Assembly: GCA_026999335.1 (NCBI GenBank)
Contig: JALTPW010000176.1
Location: 1-34,686 of the forward strand
Direction: 5' to 3'
Origin: Chromatiales bacterium
GTDB taxonomy: Bacteria; Pseudomonadota; Gammaproteobacteria; SZUA-152
Length of the DNA stretch: 34,686 nt
A program made the translations under genes and the position numbers. Shown here piece by piece: positions 1-9,700 of this stretch. The first letter of the stretch is position 1, and each line of letters opens with the position of its first letter. The notes below the pieces were generated by a model that made no database searches, had not been told where the DNA came from, and saw only the letters and a program-made list of their open reading frames with translations.

Positions 1-202
1 TCAATAACTTGCAAGACAAAAATCTGCTACAGATTGCCCCAGAAATGTGTAGCAGAGCCAAAAATGTGTAGCGGAGCCTCCCAATTAGAAAGCAGATTTT
101 GTATAAAAATCAAGAACTTATTTGAACTTTTACTAATTGTAAACAGGCAAAAATGTGTAGCGGCATAAAATTGTGTACATAGGTTGCTCAACGTGCTACA
201 AT
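1..202. repeat. Left half of putative replication origin: iteron-like repeats and an IHF-like site
   Basis: AAATGTGTAGC at 43-53, 62-72 and 151-161; inverted TGCTACA at 25-31 and 194-200; AATCAAGAACTTA (108-120) matches the IHF consensus WATCAANNNNTTR. The same motifs recur at the right end. Confidence 0.65.
174..202 (+). promoter_or_regulatory. Possible sigma70 promoter for the morphogenesis operon
   Basis: TGTACA (174-179), 17 nt spacer, TACAAT (197-202) with an extended -10 TG; about 80 nt upstream of terS. Confidence 0.4.
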
Positions 203-282
203 ACCCGTGTATTGGTGTATTTTTCACAATTGTGTGGGTCGGCCTGGCCATAACGCACAACGGCATTGAATGGAGGATAATC

Positions 283-672
283 ATGCCCGCTCCAGTAGGT
301 CGCGGAACAGGTGCTGGTCGCCGCAAAGGTTCAAAGTCGAAGACGCTTGATGAGAAAGTGCGCGAGGCGGCGAAGGCAACTGGCAAACTCCCTCACGAGA
401 TCCTGCTCGACGCTGCTCGTGGTGAGTGCTTCAAGGTCCGCCGCCTTGTCATTACGTACCATCGTTCTGGGCCAAAACGAGGCTATGAAAAGAGTCGCGA
501 GTGGGTGCTTGAGGACCATTATCCGAGCTACAGTGAGCGTATTGAGGCAGCCAAAGCAGCCGCGCCATATTATGCCCCGCGCCTCGCTGCGCAGACCATC
601 GACACCGGCGATAAGACGGTAGAGTCGTTGTCTGCAGTGCTGAAAGAGTTGGGCAGGCAGCTCCCTGGGTGA
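283..672 (+). CDS. terS: Terminase small subunit (putative)
   Basis: ATG at 283 with GGAGG RBS at 272-276; basic N-terminus GAGRRKGSK, C-terminal RIEAAKAAAPYYAPRL; overlaps terL start (GTGA). Confidence 0.7.
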   Translation: MPAPVGRGTGAGRRKGSKSKTLDEKVREAAKATGKLPHEILLDAARGECFKVRRLVITYHRSGPKRGYEKSREWVLEDHYPSYSERIEAAKAAAPYYAPRLAAQTIDTGDKTVESLSAVLKELGRQLPG

Positions 673-2042
673 ATACTGTGGCTGCGCAACTTGATCAACC
701 TCAACTAAGTCCGGCGCAACTGCGCTGCGCCCGTCGGTGGTACCCACTCAAGGACCACCCGGAGCAGTTGCGGTTGATCACTAGCCAAACGAGGTTTAAG
801 GTCGTGCCGGCTGGGCGTCGATCTGGTAAGACTGAGCGGTTTAAGCGCTACATTGTTAAGCGCGCGTTGGTTGAGCCTGGCCGGCCATTTTTCATCGCGG
901 CGCCTACCAGGAACCAGGTGAAGAAGATCTATTGGGAGGACATTAAGCTCTTGACGTTTGCGCCGTTGTTGCCTCGTGACTGCGTGTCTGAATCTGAGCT
1001 GTCCATTCGCCTGCCGAATCAATCGTCAATTACGTTGATCGGCCTAGATCAGCCGCAGCGCATCGAGGGTACATTTTGGGCTGGCGGCGGCGTCGATGAG
1101 ATCGCCGACATTAAGCCATCAGCATGGGCCGAGCACATCTCACCGGCCCTCGATACGTACAACCCACTTGATCCAGATTACCGCCCGTGGTGTTGGCTGC
1201 TCGGCGTACCTGACGGATTGAATCACTACTACGAGCTGGCTGAATACGCAAGGACGCAGAATGATCCAGAGTGGGGCGTCTTTACATGGCACTCAGCTGA
1301 CATTTTGCCGCCCGATGTTATCGAGGCAGCACGTCGTCGCATGTCACCACGCCAGTTCCGTCAGGAATATGAGGCGTCGTTCGAGACGGCCTCCGGAAAA
1401 GTCTACGAGGACTACGGACAAGATAACTACACTGACGCGGTGATTGCACCGCATGAACAGCTACTCTGGATGCATGACTTCAACTATACGCCGATGTCCT
1501 CAGCCATTGGTGTTGTGCGCAATAATGATCAGCTATTTCTGCTCGATGAGATTGTACTGAGCTCCGCTGTAGCGCGCCAAACTGCCATTGAGTTTTGCGA
1601 CCGGTACAAGAATCATCAAAACAAGCACGTGATCCTATTCGGCGACCCGGCTGGCCGCGCCGGTGAGAAGCATGGACACGCGTCTGATTACACAGAGATT
1701 GAAACTGTGTTGCGTGCTAACGGTTGGCAAGTGACCAGGAAGGTAAAGCCGGCAGCTCCCGCCATCCGAGATCGGCAAAATGCCGTACGCGGTAAGATTA
1801 AGAACGCGGCCGGTGAGGTGTCGTTATTTGTCAATCCAACAACTGCGCCATATTGCCATAAGGGGTTGGCAACCGTACAAACAAAGCAAGGCAGCACGTT
1901 CCTTGAGGAGGATAGCGAGTACCAACACATCACGACGGCCATTGGGTATTGTTGTGATGTGCTGTGGCCCGCCATTCGACGTAATGATGTTGTTGAGCAG
2001 GTTGACGTAACTCCGTCAGTCAACTTTTGGAGATCTGTCTGA
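669..2042 (+). CDS. terL: Terminase large subunit
   Basis: Walker A AGRRSGKT, APTRNQ, Walker B GGGVDE, FRQEYEASF, nuclease-domain DFN and GDPAG motifs; precedes portal. Confidence 0.93.
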   Translation: MNTVAAQLDQPQLSPAQLRCARRWYPLKDHPEQLRLITSQTRFKVVPAGRRSGKTERFKRYIVKRALVEPGRPFFIAAPTRNQVKKIYWEDIKLLTFAPLLPRDCVSESELSIRLPNQSSITLIGLDQPQRIEGTFWAGGGVDEIADIKPSAWAEHISPALDTYNPLDPDYRPWCWLLGVPDGLNHYYELAEYARTQNDPEWGVFTWHSADILPPDVIEAARRRMSPRQFRQEYEASFETASGKVYEDYGQDNYTDAVIAPHEQLLWMHDFNYTPMSSAIGVVRNNDQLFLLDEIVLSSAVARQTAIEFCDRYKNHQNKHVILFGDPAGRAGEKHGHASDYTEIETVLRANGWQVTRKVKPAAPAIRDRQNAVRGKIKNAAGEVSLFVNPTTAPYCHKGLATVQTKQGSTFLEEDSEYQHITTAIGYCCDVLWPAIRRNDVVEQVDVTPSVNFWRSV

Positions 2043-4097
2043 ATGGCCCGCAAAACGAAAGAAAAAATTCTGGCTGACGTGCATAGTCGCGCGATCAAAG
2101 AATTCGATCAAATTCACCAAACGCTTCAAACAGAACGGCTCCAATGCTTGCAGGATCGCCGGTTTTATTCTATCCCTGGCGCTCAGTGGGAAGGTAAACT
2201 CAGTGAGCAGTTTGAAAATAAGCCGCAATTTGAAGTTAATAAGGTTCATCTCGCAGTTATTCGCATCATCAACGAGTACCGCAACAATCGCATTACAGTT
2301 GACTTCGTGAGCAAAGAGGGGCTTGAAGACGATAAGTTAGCGGATTTGTGCGACGGTCTTTACCGTGCTGATGAAAATTCGTCAGTCGCAGAAGAGGCTT
2401 ATGACAACGCCTTTGAAGAAGCGGTTGCCGGCGGGGTTGGCGCGTGGCGGCTGCGCGCTGAGTACGAGGATGAAGAAGACCCTGAGAATGATCGTCAACG
2501 CATCCGCATTGAGCCGATATTCGACGCTGACAGCTCGGTATTCTTCGATCTCGCTGCGAAGCGACAGGATAAAGCCGACGCGAAATATTGTTTCGTAATT
2601 ACTAGTATGCCCCGTGCGGATTACGAGGAAGAATGGGGTGATAGCCCGTCGTCTTGGCCGAAGTCGATCGACCAGACATTGTTTGACTGGCACACGCCGG
2701 ACGTGGTTTACGTTGCTGAGTACTATCGTGTTGAGGAAGTTAAACAACGTATTCATGTTTGGCAACGACTAGATGGCGAGGAAGTACGGCTGACTGACGA
2801 AGAGCTTGAGGAGCAGTTGGAGGAGCTCGTTGCTACTGGCGCGACGGAGCTGCGCATTAAGCGCACTACGCGGAAACGTGTGCGGAAATATATCCTGTCT
2901 GGCGGCCGTGTATTGGAGGATTGTGGGTACATCGCTGGTGACTGTATCCCAATTGTACCAGTATACGGTAAGCGGTGGGTTGTTGACAACATTGAGCGCT
3001 GCATGGGCCATGTCCGTCTAGTCAAAGATGCGCAGCGGTTGAAAAACATGCAGCTTAGTAAGTTGGGTGAGCTCAGCGCGCTCAGCCAGGTCGAAAAGCC
3101 GATCTTTACGCCTGACCAGATTGCCGGCCATCAACAGCTCTGGGCTGACGACAACGTGAAGAATTATCCGTACCTGCTCATTAACAAAACCACCGATCTA
3201 AACGGTAATGAGGTTGCTGCTGGCCCGGTCGGGTACACAAAACCACCGCAGATCCCACCTGCCATGGCTGCATTGCTCCAGGTGACTGAGAGCGACATGC
3301 AAGATTTGTTGGGCAATCAGCAAGCCGGGGAGCAGCTTGTCAACAATGTCGCGCAGGGAACCGTTGAGCTGATCCAGCAACGGCTCGATATGCAAACATA
3401 CATCTACATGAGCAACATGGCTAAGGCGATGCGGCGCAGTGGCGAGATTTGGTTGAGTATGGCTAGGGACGTCTACGTCGAGGAAGGCCGGAAGGTTAAG
3501 TTGCTTGGCCTAAACGGTGAGCAGGATCAAGCTGTGTTGCGCCGGCCCATTATTGGCGATGATGGCGAAGTTGAGTTTGAAAATGATTTATCCGAAGCCA
3601 AGTTTGATGTGGTCGTTGAGGTCGGGCCGGCCAGCTCAACGAAGAGAGCGGCAACTGTCCGTGCACTAACTAACATGGCGGCCGTGACCGACGACCCTGA
3701 GACCAAGCAGGTAATCAGTGCAATGATTCTGATGAACATGGAAGGTGAGGGCATCAGTGATGTCCGCGATTACTTCCGCCGCAAGCTGATTAAAATGGGC
3801 GTTGTTAAGCCAACTGACCAAGAGGCAATGCAACTGATGCAGGAGTTGGCCAATGCGCCGCCGTCGCCGCAGGATGAGTATCTCAGGGCCGCTGCCGCCG
3901 CTGAGCAAGCGCGTGGTGCGAAGGCGCAGGCCGATACGATATTGGCGCAGGCGAAAGCAGACAAGACCCGTGCTGAAACTGCGGAAACACTGGCCGACAT
4001 CGATGCTAAGGCACAAGACCAGGCGCTTGAGGTCATTGAGAAGTTCGGGCCGCGTGTTGTTCCACCAGATGTTCCTGGTTCACCAATTATTGAGTAA
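2043..4097 (+). CDS. P22-like portal protein
   Basis: 684 aa; GAQW, FEVNKV, G-G-W-R (GGVGAWRL), FFDLAAKRQDKADAK, IPIVPVYG, KDAQRLKN; long helical C-terminal barrel; follows terL. Confidence 0.9.
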   Translation: MARKTKEKILADVHSRAIKEFDQIHQTLQTERLQCLQDRRFYSIPGAQWEGKLSEQFENKPQFEVNKVHLAVIRIINEYRNNRITVDFVSKEGLEDDKLADLCDGLYRADENSSVAEEAYDNAFEEAVAGGVGAWRLRAEYEDEEDPENDRQRIRIEPIFDADSSVFFDLAAKRQDKADAKYCFVITSMPRADYEEEWGDSPSSWPKSIDQTLFDWHTPDVVYVAEYYRVEEVKQRIHVWQRLDGEEVRLTDEELEEQLEELVATGATELRIKRTTRKRVRKYILSGGRVLEDCGYIAGDCIPIVPVYGKRWVVDNIERCMGHVRLVKDAQRLKNMQLSKLGELSALSQVEKPIFTPDQIAGHQQLWADDNVKNYPYLLINKTTDLNGNEVAAGPVGYTKPPQIPPAMAALLQVTESDMQDLLGNQQAGEQLVNNVAQGTVELIQQRLDMQTYIYMSNMAKAMRRSGEIWLSMARDVYVEEGRKVKLLGLNGEQDQAVLRRPIIGDDGEVEFENDLSEAKFDVVVEVGPASSTKRAATVRALTNMAAVTDDPETKQVISAMILMNMEGEGISDVRDYFRRKLIKMGVVKPTDQEAMQLMQELANAPPSPQDEYLRAAAAAEQARGAKAQADTILAQAKADKTRAETAETLADIDAKAQDQALEVIEKFGPRVVPPDVPGSPIIE

Positions 4098-4100
4098 GTT

Positions 4101-5969
4101 ATGGCTGGGCAAAGATCGATTTCACCAGTTGAGCGCGCTGTCTATGAGCAGTTCGGGCTAGAGCCTGGGCTCGACCGCGCCGCCATTTTACCTTTTGCTG
4201 GACGTCGCAATGAGGGTAACTTAGAGTGGGCCGCCCCGCAATTTGTCTACGACTTGGCTAAGGCGTTTGTCGCCCCCGGTGTTGCGTTGCGTGGAGAGCA
4301 GGTTTCGCCCGAGGATGCGTTGAACGTTGGACTGAACGTTGTAGGTGGTGGGCTTGGTGCCTCTGCCGTTGCAGGGCCGAGCGGCAGGTCAGTTATCGGC
4401 ATGGCTGTTAAAGCAAAAGGAGGAAACTGGATCGAGAGCAGCATCGACCGATTTTTAGAGGGCGCGAAAAAGCCTGCTGAGTCTATTGGGACACTCGCTA
4501 ATGTTGATGCACTTCCAGAAAACACTTGGGTAACACTTGGAGACCAAGGTGTAACTAAGTATGTTAAACGCGTTGGCGACAAAGCATATACGTACAACGA
4601 ACCTGCGTATGCTGTAAATAATTGGGTCGACACCAAGCTAAGGAAATACGTTAAAAATGAGATGGCCGCACCTGACGACCCGGTGAGAAAGTTGGCTGAT
4701 GAGGAAGGCGTTTTACACTTTGAGCCTAACGTAGTCGGGTACGTGCCTGTTGATTGGGACGCGCCAACAAAACTAATTGGCACACTTCCAAGTGGACGCC
4801 GCGAACAATTTGCTGAAACTGATCTTGGACGCGTTTGGGAAGAGATTACTGATGCTAGTGTTTCTGGGCGGCGCGCTAGAGATTACACTATCGATGATCC
4901 AGCAGTCGACGCGGTCACTAAACGCGATCCGGAAACGCCAATTTTTGAAATTCCTGCATCTTCTGCCGCTGCAATGACACGGCGGTTGGGTCTTAGCCAC
5001 CTTACAGATGAGCTGTATAACGCAGTCGACCCGAACAGCGATTTGCCTGAGAGGTTAAAATTAACTCCCAAAAAGTTGCAAAAGATGTCAGTGCCACAGG
5101 CTGTCAAACATGTCGCAAAAATTAACAAGTGGCGAGAAGAGAGCAAATCAGCCGCGAACCTTGCCATTGCGAATAATGAAGCCACGTTCCCATTGATCGA
5201 ATATGATAATGGTACTAAGTGGGTAGAACTAAGAATGCCGACTGAGGAGGATGGTCCAGTAAAGTACACGGTTAATGATCTTGAGTACGATGGTGTTTCC
5301 AGCTCTCAAATTCATGCCATCGAAGACTACAAAGCGTGGACTGGTGGCGAAACACCTGAGGAGAACGGCTACACTGTTATTCCAGTCGGGGAGCGAGCCC
5401 TTGAAGAAGCACTTCGATATGAAGGTGATCAGATGGGCCACTGCGTCGGTGGATATTGTGATGAGGTTTTATCAGGCAGTTCTCGGATTTTTTCGTTGCG
5501 CGATAAAAAAGGTGAGCCGCACGTTACGATTGAAGTTGTCAATGAAAGTAGCCCATTTTCTGGAATTGGTCGCGTAAGTGATCTAGTCGAAACTATATTT
5601 GATACCGCAGACCCTGACGATGTTATGGTATTTGCTAAAGAGTTCGCCTCTGAATTAGGGGTGCCTCCCAGTGAAGTGACACTAGATTTTCTTGTTGATG
5701 CCATTTACGAAAGTCTTCGTAGTGAGCATGGCAAATATATTAACCCTGCAATGTCCACTGAAATTGGGCTAGATATTCTGAAGCAAATTAGCCCAAAAGC
5801 ATATAATGAAATTGCAAATCGTGGGCCAACATTTACTATTGAGCAAATCAAAGGACGCGCAAACAAAACACCGGCTAAAAAATACGTCCCAGCAATCAAA
5901 GACTTCATTAAAAAGATGGGTATTCCGCCCGAACGGATTTATGAGCCCGGCCCTTGGTCGGAGGATTAA
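4101..5969 (+). CDS. PcfJ-domain protein inserted in the head module (possible virion-delivered effector)
   Basis: EGDQMGHCVGGY...IFSLRDKKGEPHVTIEV...IEQIKGRANK is the PcfJ-like signature; Gly/Ala-rich N-terminal ~110 aa; lies between portal and scaffold. Confidence 0.65.
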   Translation: MAGQRSISPVERAVYEQFGLEPGLDRAAILPFAGRRNEGNLEWAAPQFVYDLAKAFVAPGVALRGEQVSPEDALNVGLNVVGGGLGASAVAGPSGRSVIGMAVKAKGGNWIESSIDRFLEGAKKPAESIGTLANVDALPENTWVTLGDQGVTKYVKRVGDKAYTYNEPAYAVNNWVDTKLRKYVKNEMAAPDDPVRKLADEEGVLHFEPNVVGYVPVDWDAPTKLIGTLPSGRREQFAETDLGRVWEEITDASVSGRRARDYTIDDPAVDAVTKRDPETPIFEIPASSAAAMTRRLGLSHLTDELYNAVDPNSDLPERLKLTPKKLQKMSVPQAVKHVAKINKWREESKSAANLAIANNEATFPLIEYDNGTKWVELRMPTEEDGPVKYTVNDLEYDGVSSSQIHAIEDYKAWTGGETPEENGYTVIPVGERALEEALRYEGDQMGHCVGGYCDEVLSGSSRIFSLRDKKGEPHVTIEVVNESSPFSGIGRVSDLVETIFDTADPDDVMVFAKEFASELGVPPSEVTLDFLVDAIYESLRSEHGKYINPAMSTEIGLDILKQISPKAYNEIANRGPTFTIEQIKGRANKTPAKKYVPAIKDFIKKMGIPPERIYEPGPWSED

Positions 5970-6023
5970 TTGGCAACCCGCCCAGCCAATGAATGGGTGA
6001 GTATCAATCAATAGGAGGTAATA

Positions 6024-6971
6024 ATGGCAGACAATGAGGAGTTGGAAAACCAACACGGTGGCTCAGCTGAATTGGCGGATGAAAATGTTGAAGACGCGCA
6101 ACAGCCTGGAGATAGTGTTGACGCGACCCAGGACGGCGCGCAAGACGACGACGACGACGACGACGACGACGACAACGAATCTGCTAACAGCGATGAGCAT
6201 GATGAGCCCAACGCAGACGATGATGACGACTCTGGTGAATTGGTTGTGTCGATCGGTGATGACGACGAAGAGGCCGGAAGCCGTGAGCAGGCCCCGGCAT
6301 GGGTGCGCGAGTTGCGTAAGTCGTACCGTGAGGCACAGCGTCAGAATCGTGAGTTGCGTAAGAAGTTGGAGGAGCTCGAGAAGCCGACGTCGCAAGTAAT
6401 CGATCCGGGCCCGAAGCCGAAGCTGGACGACTTTGACTTTGATACGGATCGTTACGAGGAGGCGCTTGCTACGTGGCATGAGCGTAAACTGCAGGCCGAG
6501 GCCATCCGAGCTCAGCACGAGGCTGAGCAGCGGAAAATCGCCGAAGCTTGGCAGCAACGGCTCAATGCTTACGCCGAGGCCCGCGAAAATCTCAAGGTTA
6601 AGGATTTTGAGGACGCGGAAGCCGTTGCCACCGAGTTCCTCGATGAGACGCAGCAAGGCATCATCGTTCAAGGGGCTGACAACGCTGCGTTGGTGATCTA
6701 CGCTCTTGGGAAAAACCCTGCGAAGGCGCAGGAGCTGTCCGCCATTAAGGACCCCGTGAAGTTCGCATTTACGGTGGCAAAACTCGAAAAGGAGCTGCGC
6801 GTGAAAAATCGCAAGTCCCCGCCACCGCCTGAAAAGCGGGTGGACGGCACCGGTCCAAAGTCTGGTTCCGTCGACTCAACACTTGATCGACTGCGTGCTG
6901 AAGCCGCGAAGACCGGTGATTATAGCAAAGTGATTGCGTATCGCCGGCAACTGCGTCAGAAGCGCGCTTGA
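6024..6971 (+). CDS. Capsid scaffolding protein
   Basis: GGAGG RBS; very acidic N-terminus, coiled coil, C-terminal GDYSKVIAYRRQLR; immediately upstream of the coat gene. Confidence 0.8.
   Translation: MADNEELENQHGGSAELADENVEDAQQPGDSVDATQDGAQDDDDDDDDDDNESANSDEHDEPNADDDDDSGELVVSIGDDDEEAGSREQAPAWVRELRKSYREAQRQNRELRKKLEELEKPTSQVIDPGPKPKLDDFDFDTDRYEEALATWHERKLQAEAIRAQHEAEQRKIAEAWQQRLNAYAEARENLKVKDFEDAEAVATEFLDETQQGIIVQGADNAALVIYALGKNPAKAQELSAIKDPVKFAFTVAKLEKELRVKNRKSPPPPEKRVDGTGPKSGSVDSTLDRLRAEAAKTGDYSKVIAYRRQLRQKRA
6144..6173 (+). repeat. (GAC)10 microsatellite encoding poly-Asp
   Basis: Ten perfect GAC units in frame in the scaffold gene (Q-D10-N). Confidence 0.95.
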
Positions 6972-6989
6972 TAGATAGGAGCATTTAAC

Positions 6990-8240
6990 ATGGCAAATAG
7001 CTTTGCAAAGAAGATCGACATTTTTTTTGAGGAAGTCGTCGCCGGGTTCGAGGCGACCAACGTGTCAGCCAAGAACGTGTCGCAGTACAAGCCCAACGTC
7101 GGCGCGCTGGCCGAAGGTGGCCAGACATTTTACCGCCCCATGCCGCTGCTCACCGAGGTTGTTGATGGTCGTGACGTCAGCGCTGCGTACAACGACCTGA
7201 CTGAGTTGACGGTGCCGTCGACGCTGGCCGAGTCGCACATTCGCAACGTGCCGGTGCAGCTGACCGGTGTCGATCTCAACAACCCGCACATTATGGCCAA
7301 CATCGTTAAGGCCACCAACATCATGCTGAGTAACAAGCTGGATACGTTGGTCGCTGACGCCGTGGCCACGTACGGCACTCTGGCCGTCATCAACAGTGGC
7401 AACATCGACACGTATGATGAGGCCGCTGAGGCCGACGCCTTGATGTTGGAGCAGCAAGCCACCAAGGGTCAACGGATCATGTACCTCAACCCGCGGATGG
7501 CTAAGAACCTCGCCGGTAATCTGGCCGGCCGCCAAACGATGGACGGCGCCCCGATGGACGCGTACACCCGATCCATGCTGCCGCCCATTGCTGGGTTCGA
7601 CACGTTCCGGGTCGATTACGGCAAGAGCATCGCGGGGTCCGCGGGCGCCGGTTACCTTGTCAACGGGGCCAACCAGAACACCACCCCGGTTTCCAATGAC
7701 GCGAACGGCCTACCGGTCGATAACCGGACGCAAACTCTGACCGTCGACACTGGTACCGGCGCACAGGTTGGCGATGTATTTACCATCGCCGGTGTTAACG
7801 CGGTCGGCCATATCAACAAGCAGGACACCGGCCAGCTCAAGACGTTTCGCATTCTGGCCATCAACGGAGCCAACTGGACGATCGCCCCGGCCATTATCCC
7901 AGCTGACGGCGCTGCACAATCGCAAAAGGACTACGCGAACGTGACTACCACGCCGGCCGACAACGCCGCCATCACAATTCTGAACACCACGACCAAACCG
8001 GCCAGTGTGTTCTTCGAGAAGGATGCGGTGGAGATCATCCACGCGGATTTTAACACTGAGCCGTTCGAGGCCACCGGGAAGCGTGTTCGCAAGGCCACGA
8101 CCGATAGCGGCATCCAGATTGTTATGTTGTCTGACAGCAACGTTGACACTCTGAACGCCAAGTACCGGATGTTTATCTGGGCCAACGTCGAGGTGTTGAA
8201 CTACGAGCTGGCTGGGATCATGCTCGAAGGTCAGGTGTAA
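6990..8240 (+). CDS. Major capsid protein, P22 coat (gp5)-like
   Basis: 416 aa, AGGAG RBS, MANSFAK start, IAGFDTF, DNRTQTLTV, GDVFTIAGV (P22-type insertion domain); strongly C/G-ending codon bias. Confidence 0.9.
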   Translation: MANSFAKKIDIFFEEVVAGFEATNVSAKNVSQYKPNVGALAEGGQTFYRPMPLLTEVVDGRDVSAAYNDLTELTVPSTLAESHIRNVPVQLTGVDLNNPHIMANIVKATNIMLSNKLDTLVADAVATYGTLAVINSGNIDTYDEAAEADALMLEQQATKGQRIMYLNPRMAKNLAGNLAGRQTMDGAPMDAYTRSMLPPIAGFDTFRVDYGKSIAGSAGAGYLVNGANQNTTPVSNDANGLPVDNRTQTLTVDTGTGAQVGDVFTIAGVNAVGHINKQDTGQLKTFRILAINGANWTIAPAIIPADGAAQSQKDYANVTTTPADNAAITILNTTTKPASVFFEKDAVEIIHADFNTEPFEATGKRVRKATTDSGIQIVMLSDSNVDTLNAKYRMFIWANVEVLNYELAGIMLEGQV

Positions 8241-8259
8241 CCGCCTAGGTAGCAAATGG

Positions 8260-8285
8260 GTTGGGAGGGCTCAGGTCCTCCCAAT
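8260..8285 (+). terminator. Stem-loop downstream of coat gene (partial terminator or mRNA stabiliser)
   Basis: TTGGGAGGGC-TCAG-GTCCTCCCAA hairpin 20 nt after the coat stop; no U-tract. Confidence 0.5.
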
Positions 8286-8306
8286 CACGACAATTGGAGA
8301 GTTGCG

Positions 8307-8444
8307 ATGCCGCTGAAGAAAGGCCGTGGAAAGAAGGTAATCAGTGAGAACATTAAGCGCGAGATGCGTGCTGGTAAGTCACGGAAGCAGGCCGTCGCGA
8401 TCGCAATGAGAATGGCTGAAAAACGGAAGAGGAGGAAAACCTGA
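8307..8444 (+). CDS. Small basic phage protein
   Basis: GGAG RBS; MPLKKG..KVISENIKREM..GK..KQAVAIA pattern common in phage head modules. Confidence 0.75.
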   Translation: MPLKKGRGKKVISENIKREMRAGKSRKQAVAIAMRMAEKRKRRKT

Positions 8445-8725
8445 TGAAGAATCCTACGATGGTTTATAAGTATCCGGGCAACGAAAAGATTCACGGGGTT
8501 TCGGTTAAGACGAAGATCGTTGAGGCTGACGATTTGAATGATTACCTCAAAGCTGGCTGGGCAGAGTCGCCATCTGAGGCGCTGGACGCCATCGATGAAG
8601 TCACTGCACCCACGCGCGAAGAGCTTGAGGCTAAGGCTGCTGAGCTCGGCATCGACTTTACCAAGCGCACCAAGGATGAAACTCTTTTGGCAAAGATCGA
8701 GGCGGCGTTGGCTGAACAGTCATGA
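8444..8725 (+). CDS. Hypothetical protein with C-terminal HeH/LEM-like helical motif
   Basis: TGATG coupling, GAGGAGG RBS; PTREELEAKAAELGIDF..RTKDETLLAKI. Confidence 0.7.
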   Translation: MKNPTMVYKYPGNEKIHGVSVKTKIVEADDLNDYLKAGWAESPSEALDAIDEVTAPTREELEAKAAELGIDFTKRTKDETLLAKIEAALAEQS

Positions 8726-9201
8726 GCTGGACAAAGCGGCAATTTGTCACGCAAGCATTTGACGCGTTGGGCTATGCTTCTCATTTGTACGACCTCGACC
8801 CAGCGCAGCTGCAAAGTGCCCTGCGTCAGCTCGATGCGATGATTGCTACGTGGAATGGGCGTGGGATTAGGCTCGGGTATCCGCTCCCGTCGTCGCCGGA
8901 AAAATCAAGTCTTGACGATACAACCGATGTGCCCGACGCCGCCAATGAAGCAATTTATGCGAACTTGGCGGTTAGGATTGCCCCAACCGTTGGTAAGCAG
9001 GTACATCCTGATCTGCGCGCTACTGCTGGCCGCGCGTACTCGCAGCTGATCGCACGTTTTGCCGAACCGGTTGAGGTGCAATTGCCGAGTACAATGCCAC
9101 TTGGTGCTGGCGGTAAAAACTACCGTCACAATCATCCGTTCGTGCATCGGCCCACTGAGCATGTTAAAGCTGGTAGCGACGGTCCGATTGAACTGGACTA
9201 G
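8722..9201 (+). CDS. Head-tail adaptor, P22 gp4-like tail accessory factor
   Basis: LQSALRQLDAMIATW..GIRLGY, NLAVRIAP, LPSTMPLGAG motifs; ATGA overlap; synteny. Confidence 0.8.
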   Translation: MSWTKRQFVTQAFDALGYASHLYDLDPAQLQSALRQLDAMIATWNGRGIRLGYPLPSSPEKSSLDDTTDVPDAANEAIYANLAVRIAPTVGKQVHPDLRATAGRAYSQLIARFAEPVEVQLPSTMPLGAGGKNYRHNHPFVHRPTEHVKAGSDGPIELD

Positions 9202-9211
9202 GAGATAAACC

Positions 9212-9691
9212 ATGCCGAGGATAAATGAACTTTCAGCGCTGGATGAAGTTGTGAGTGGCGACTTGATCCCTGTATTCAGCAACGGAAATGGTGATGCGCG
9301 CAAAGCTGCTATGAGCGTATTGCTTAGTTATATGCAGCAGAATCTTACGTTCACAACTCAAGGGTTCGGCGCTTATGTAACGCAATACGCTGCGCCATCC
9401 GCAACTGGGTTTACCGTGACAATTACTGATGGTGGTAATGACGACCAGAATGTGCACTTGATTCTGACGCCAACAGCTGCCTTTGCTGACGGGACGATCA
9501 GGTTGCCGTCGGTAACATCGCTGGTCGACAAGCAGGAGGTTTTGGTTAACTGCACGCAGGCGGTGACAACTTTAGTTGTTGATGGTAATGGCGCCACGGC
9601 AGTTACTGGTGCGCCAACTACGCTGGTTGCAAATGGGTTTTTTAGACTGAAATTTGACGCGGCGACAAAAACATGGTACCGCGTTGGTTAA
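9212..9691 (+). CDS. Hypothetical virion protein
   Basis: AGGAG RBS; beta-rich, Thr-rich, ends FDAATKTWYRVG; within tail module. Confidence 0.65.
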   Translation: MPRINELSALDEVVSGDLIPVFSNGNGDARKAAMSVLLSYMQQNLTFTTQGFGAYVTQYAAPSATGFTVTITDGGNDDQNVHLILTPTAAFADGTIRLPSVTSLVDKQEVLVNCTQAVTTLVVDGNGATAVTGAPTTLVANGFFRLKFDAATKTWYRVG

Positions 9692-9700
9692 GGGGGTCGT

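Noticed and set aside
1-37. Terminal direct repeat with 34571-34603
   Set aside because: Only 12-15-nt patches match and the copy is not at the very end; better explained as origin iterons.
184-282. Longer terS N-terminus from TTG at 184
   Set aside because: No RBS and overlaps the promoter/origin; ATG 283 has a strong GGAGG.
6034-6671. Alternative-frame poly-Thr, poly-Val and poly-Ser ORFs
   Set aside because: Shadows of the GAC repeat and biased scaffold codons; no RBS or motifs.
7021-7028. T8 run in the coat gene as a programmed frameshift site
   Set aside because: It lies about 11 codons from the start, so a shift would give only short junk products; it simply encodes Ile-Phe-Phe.
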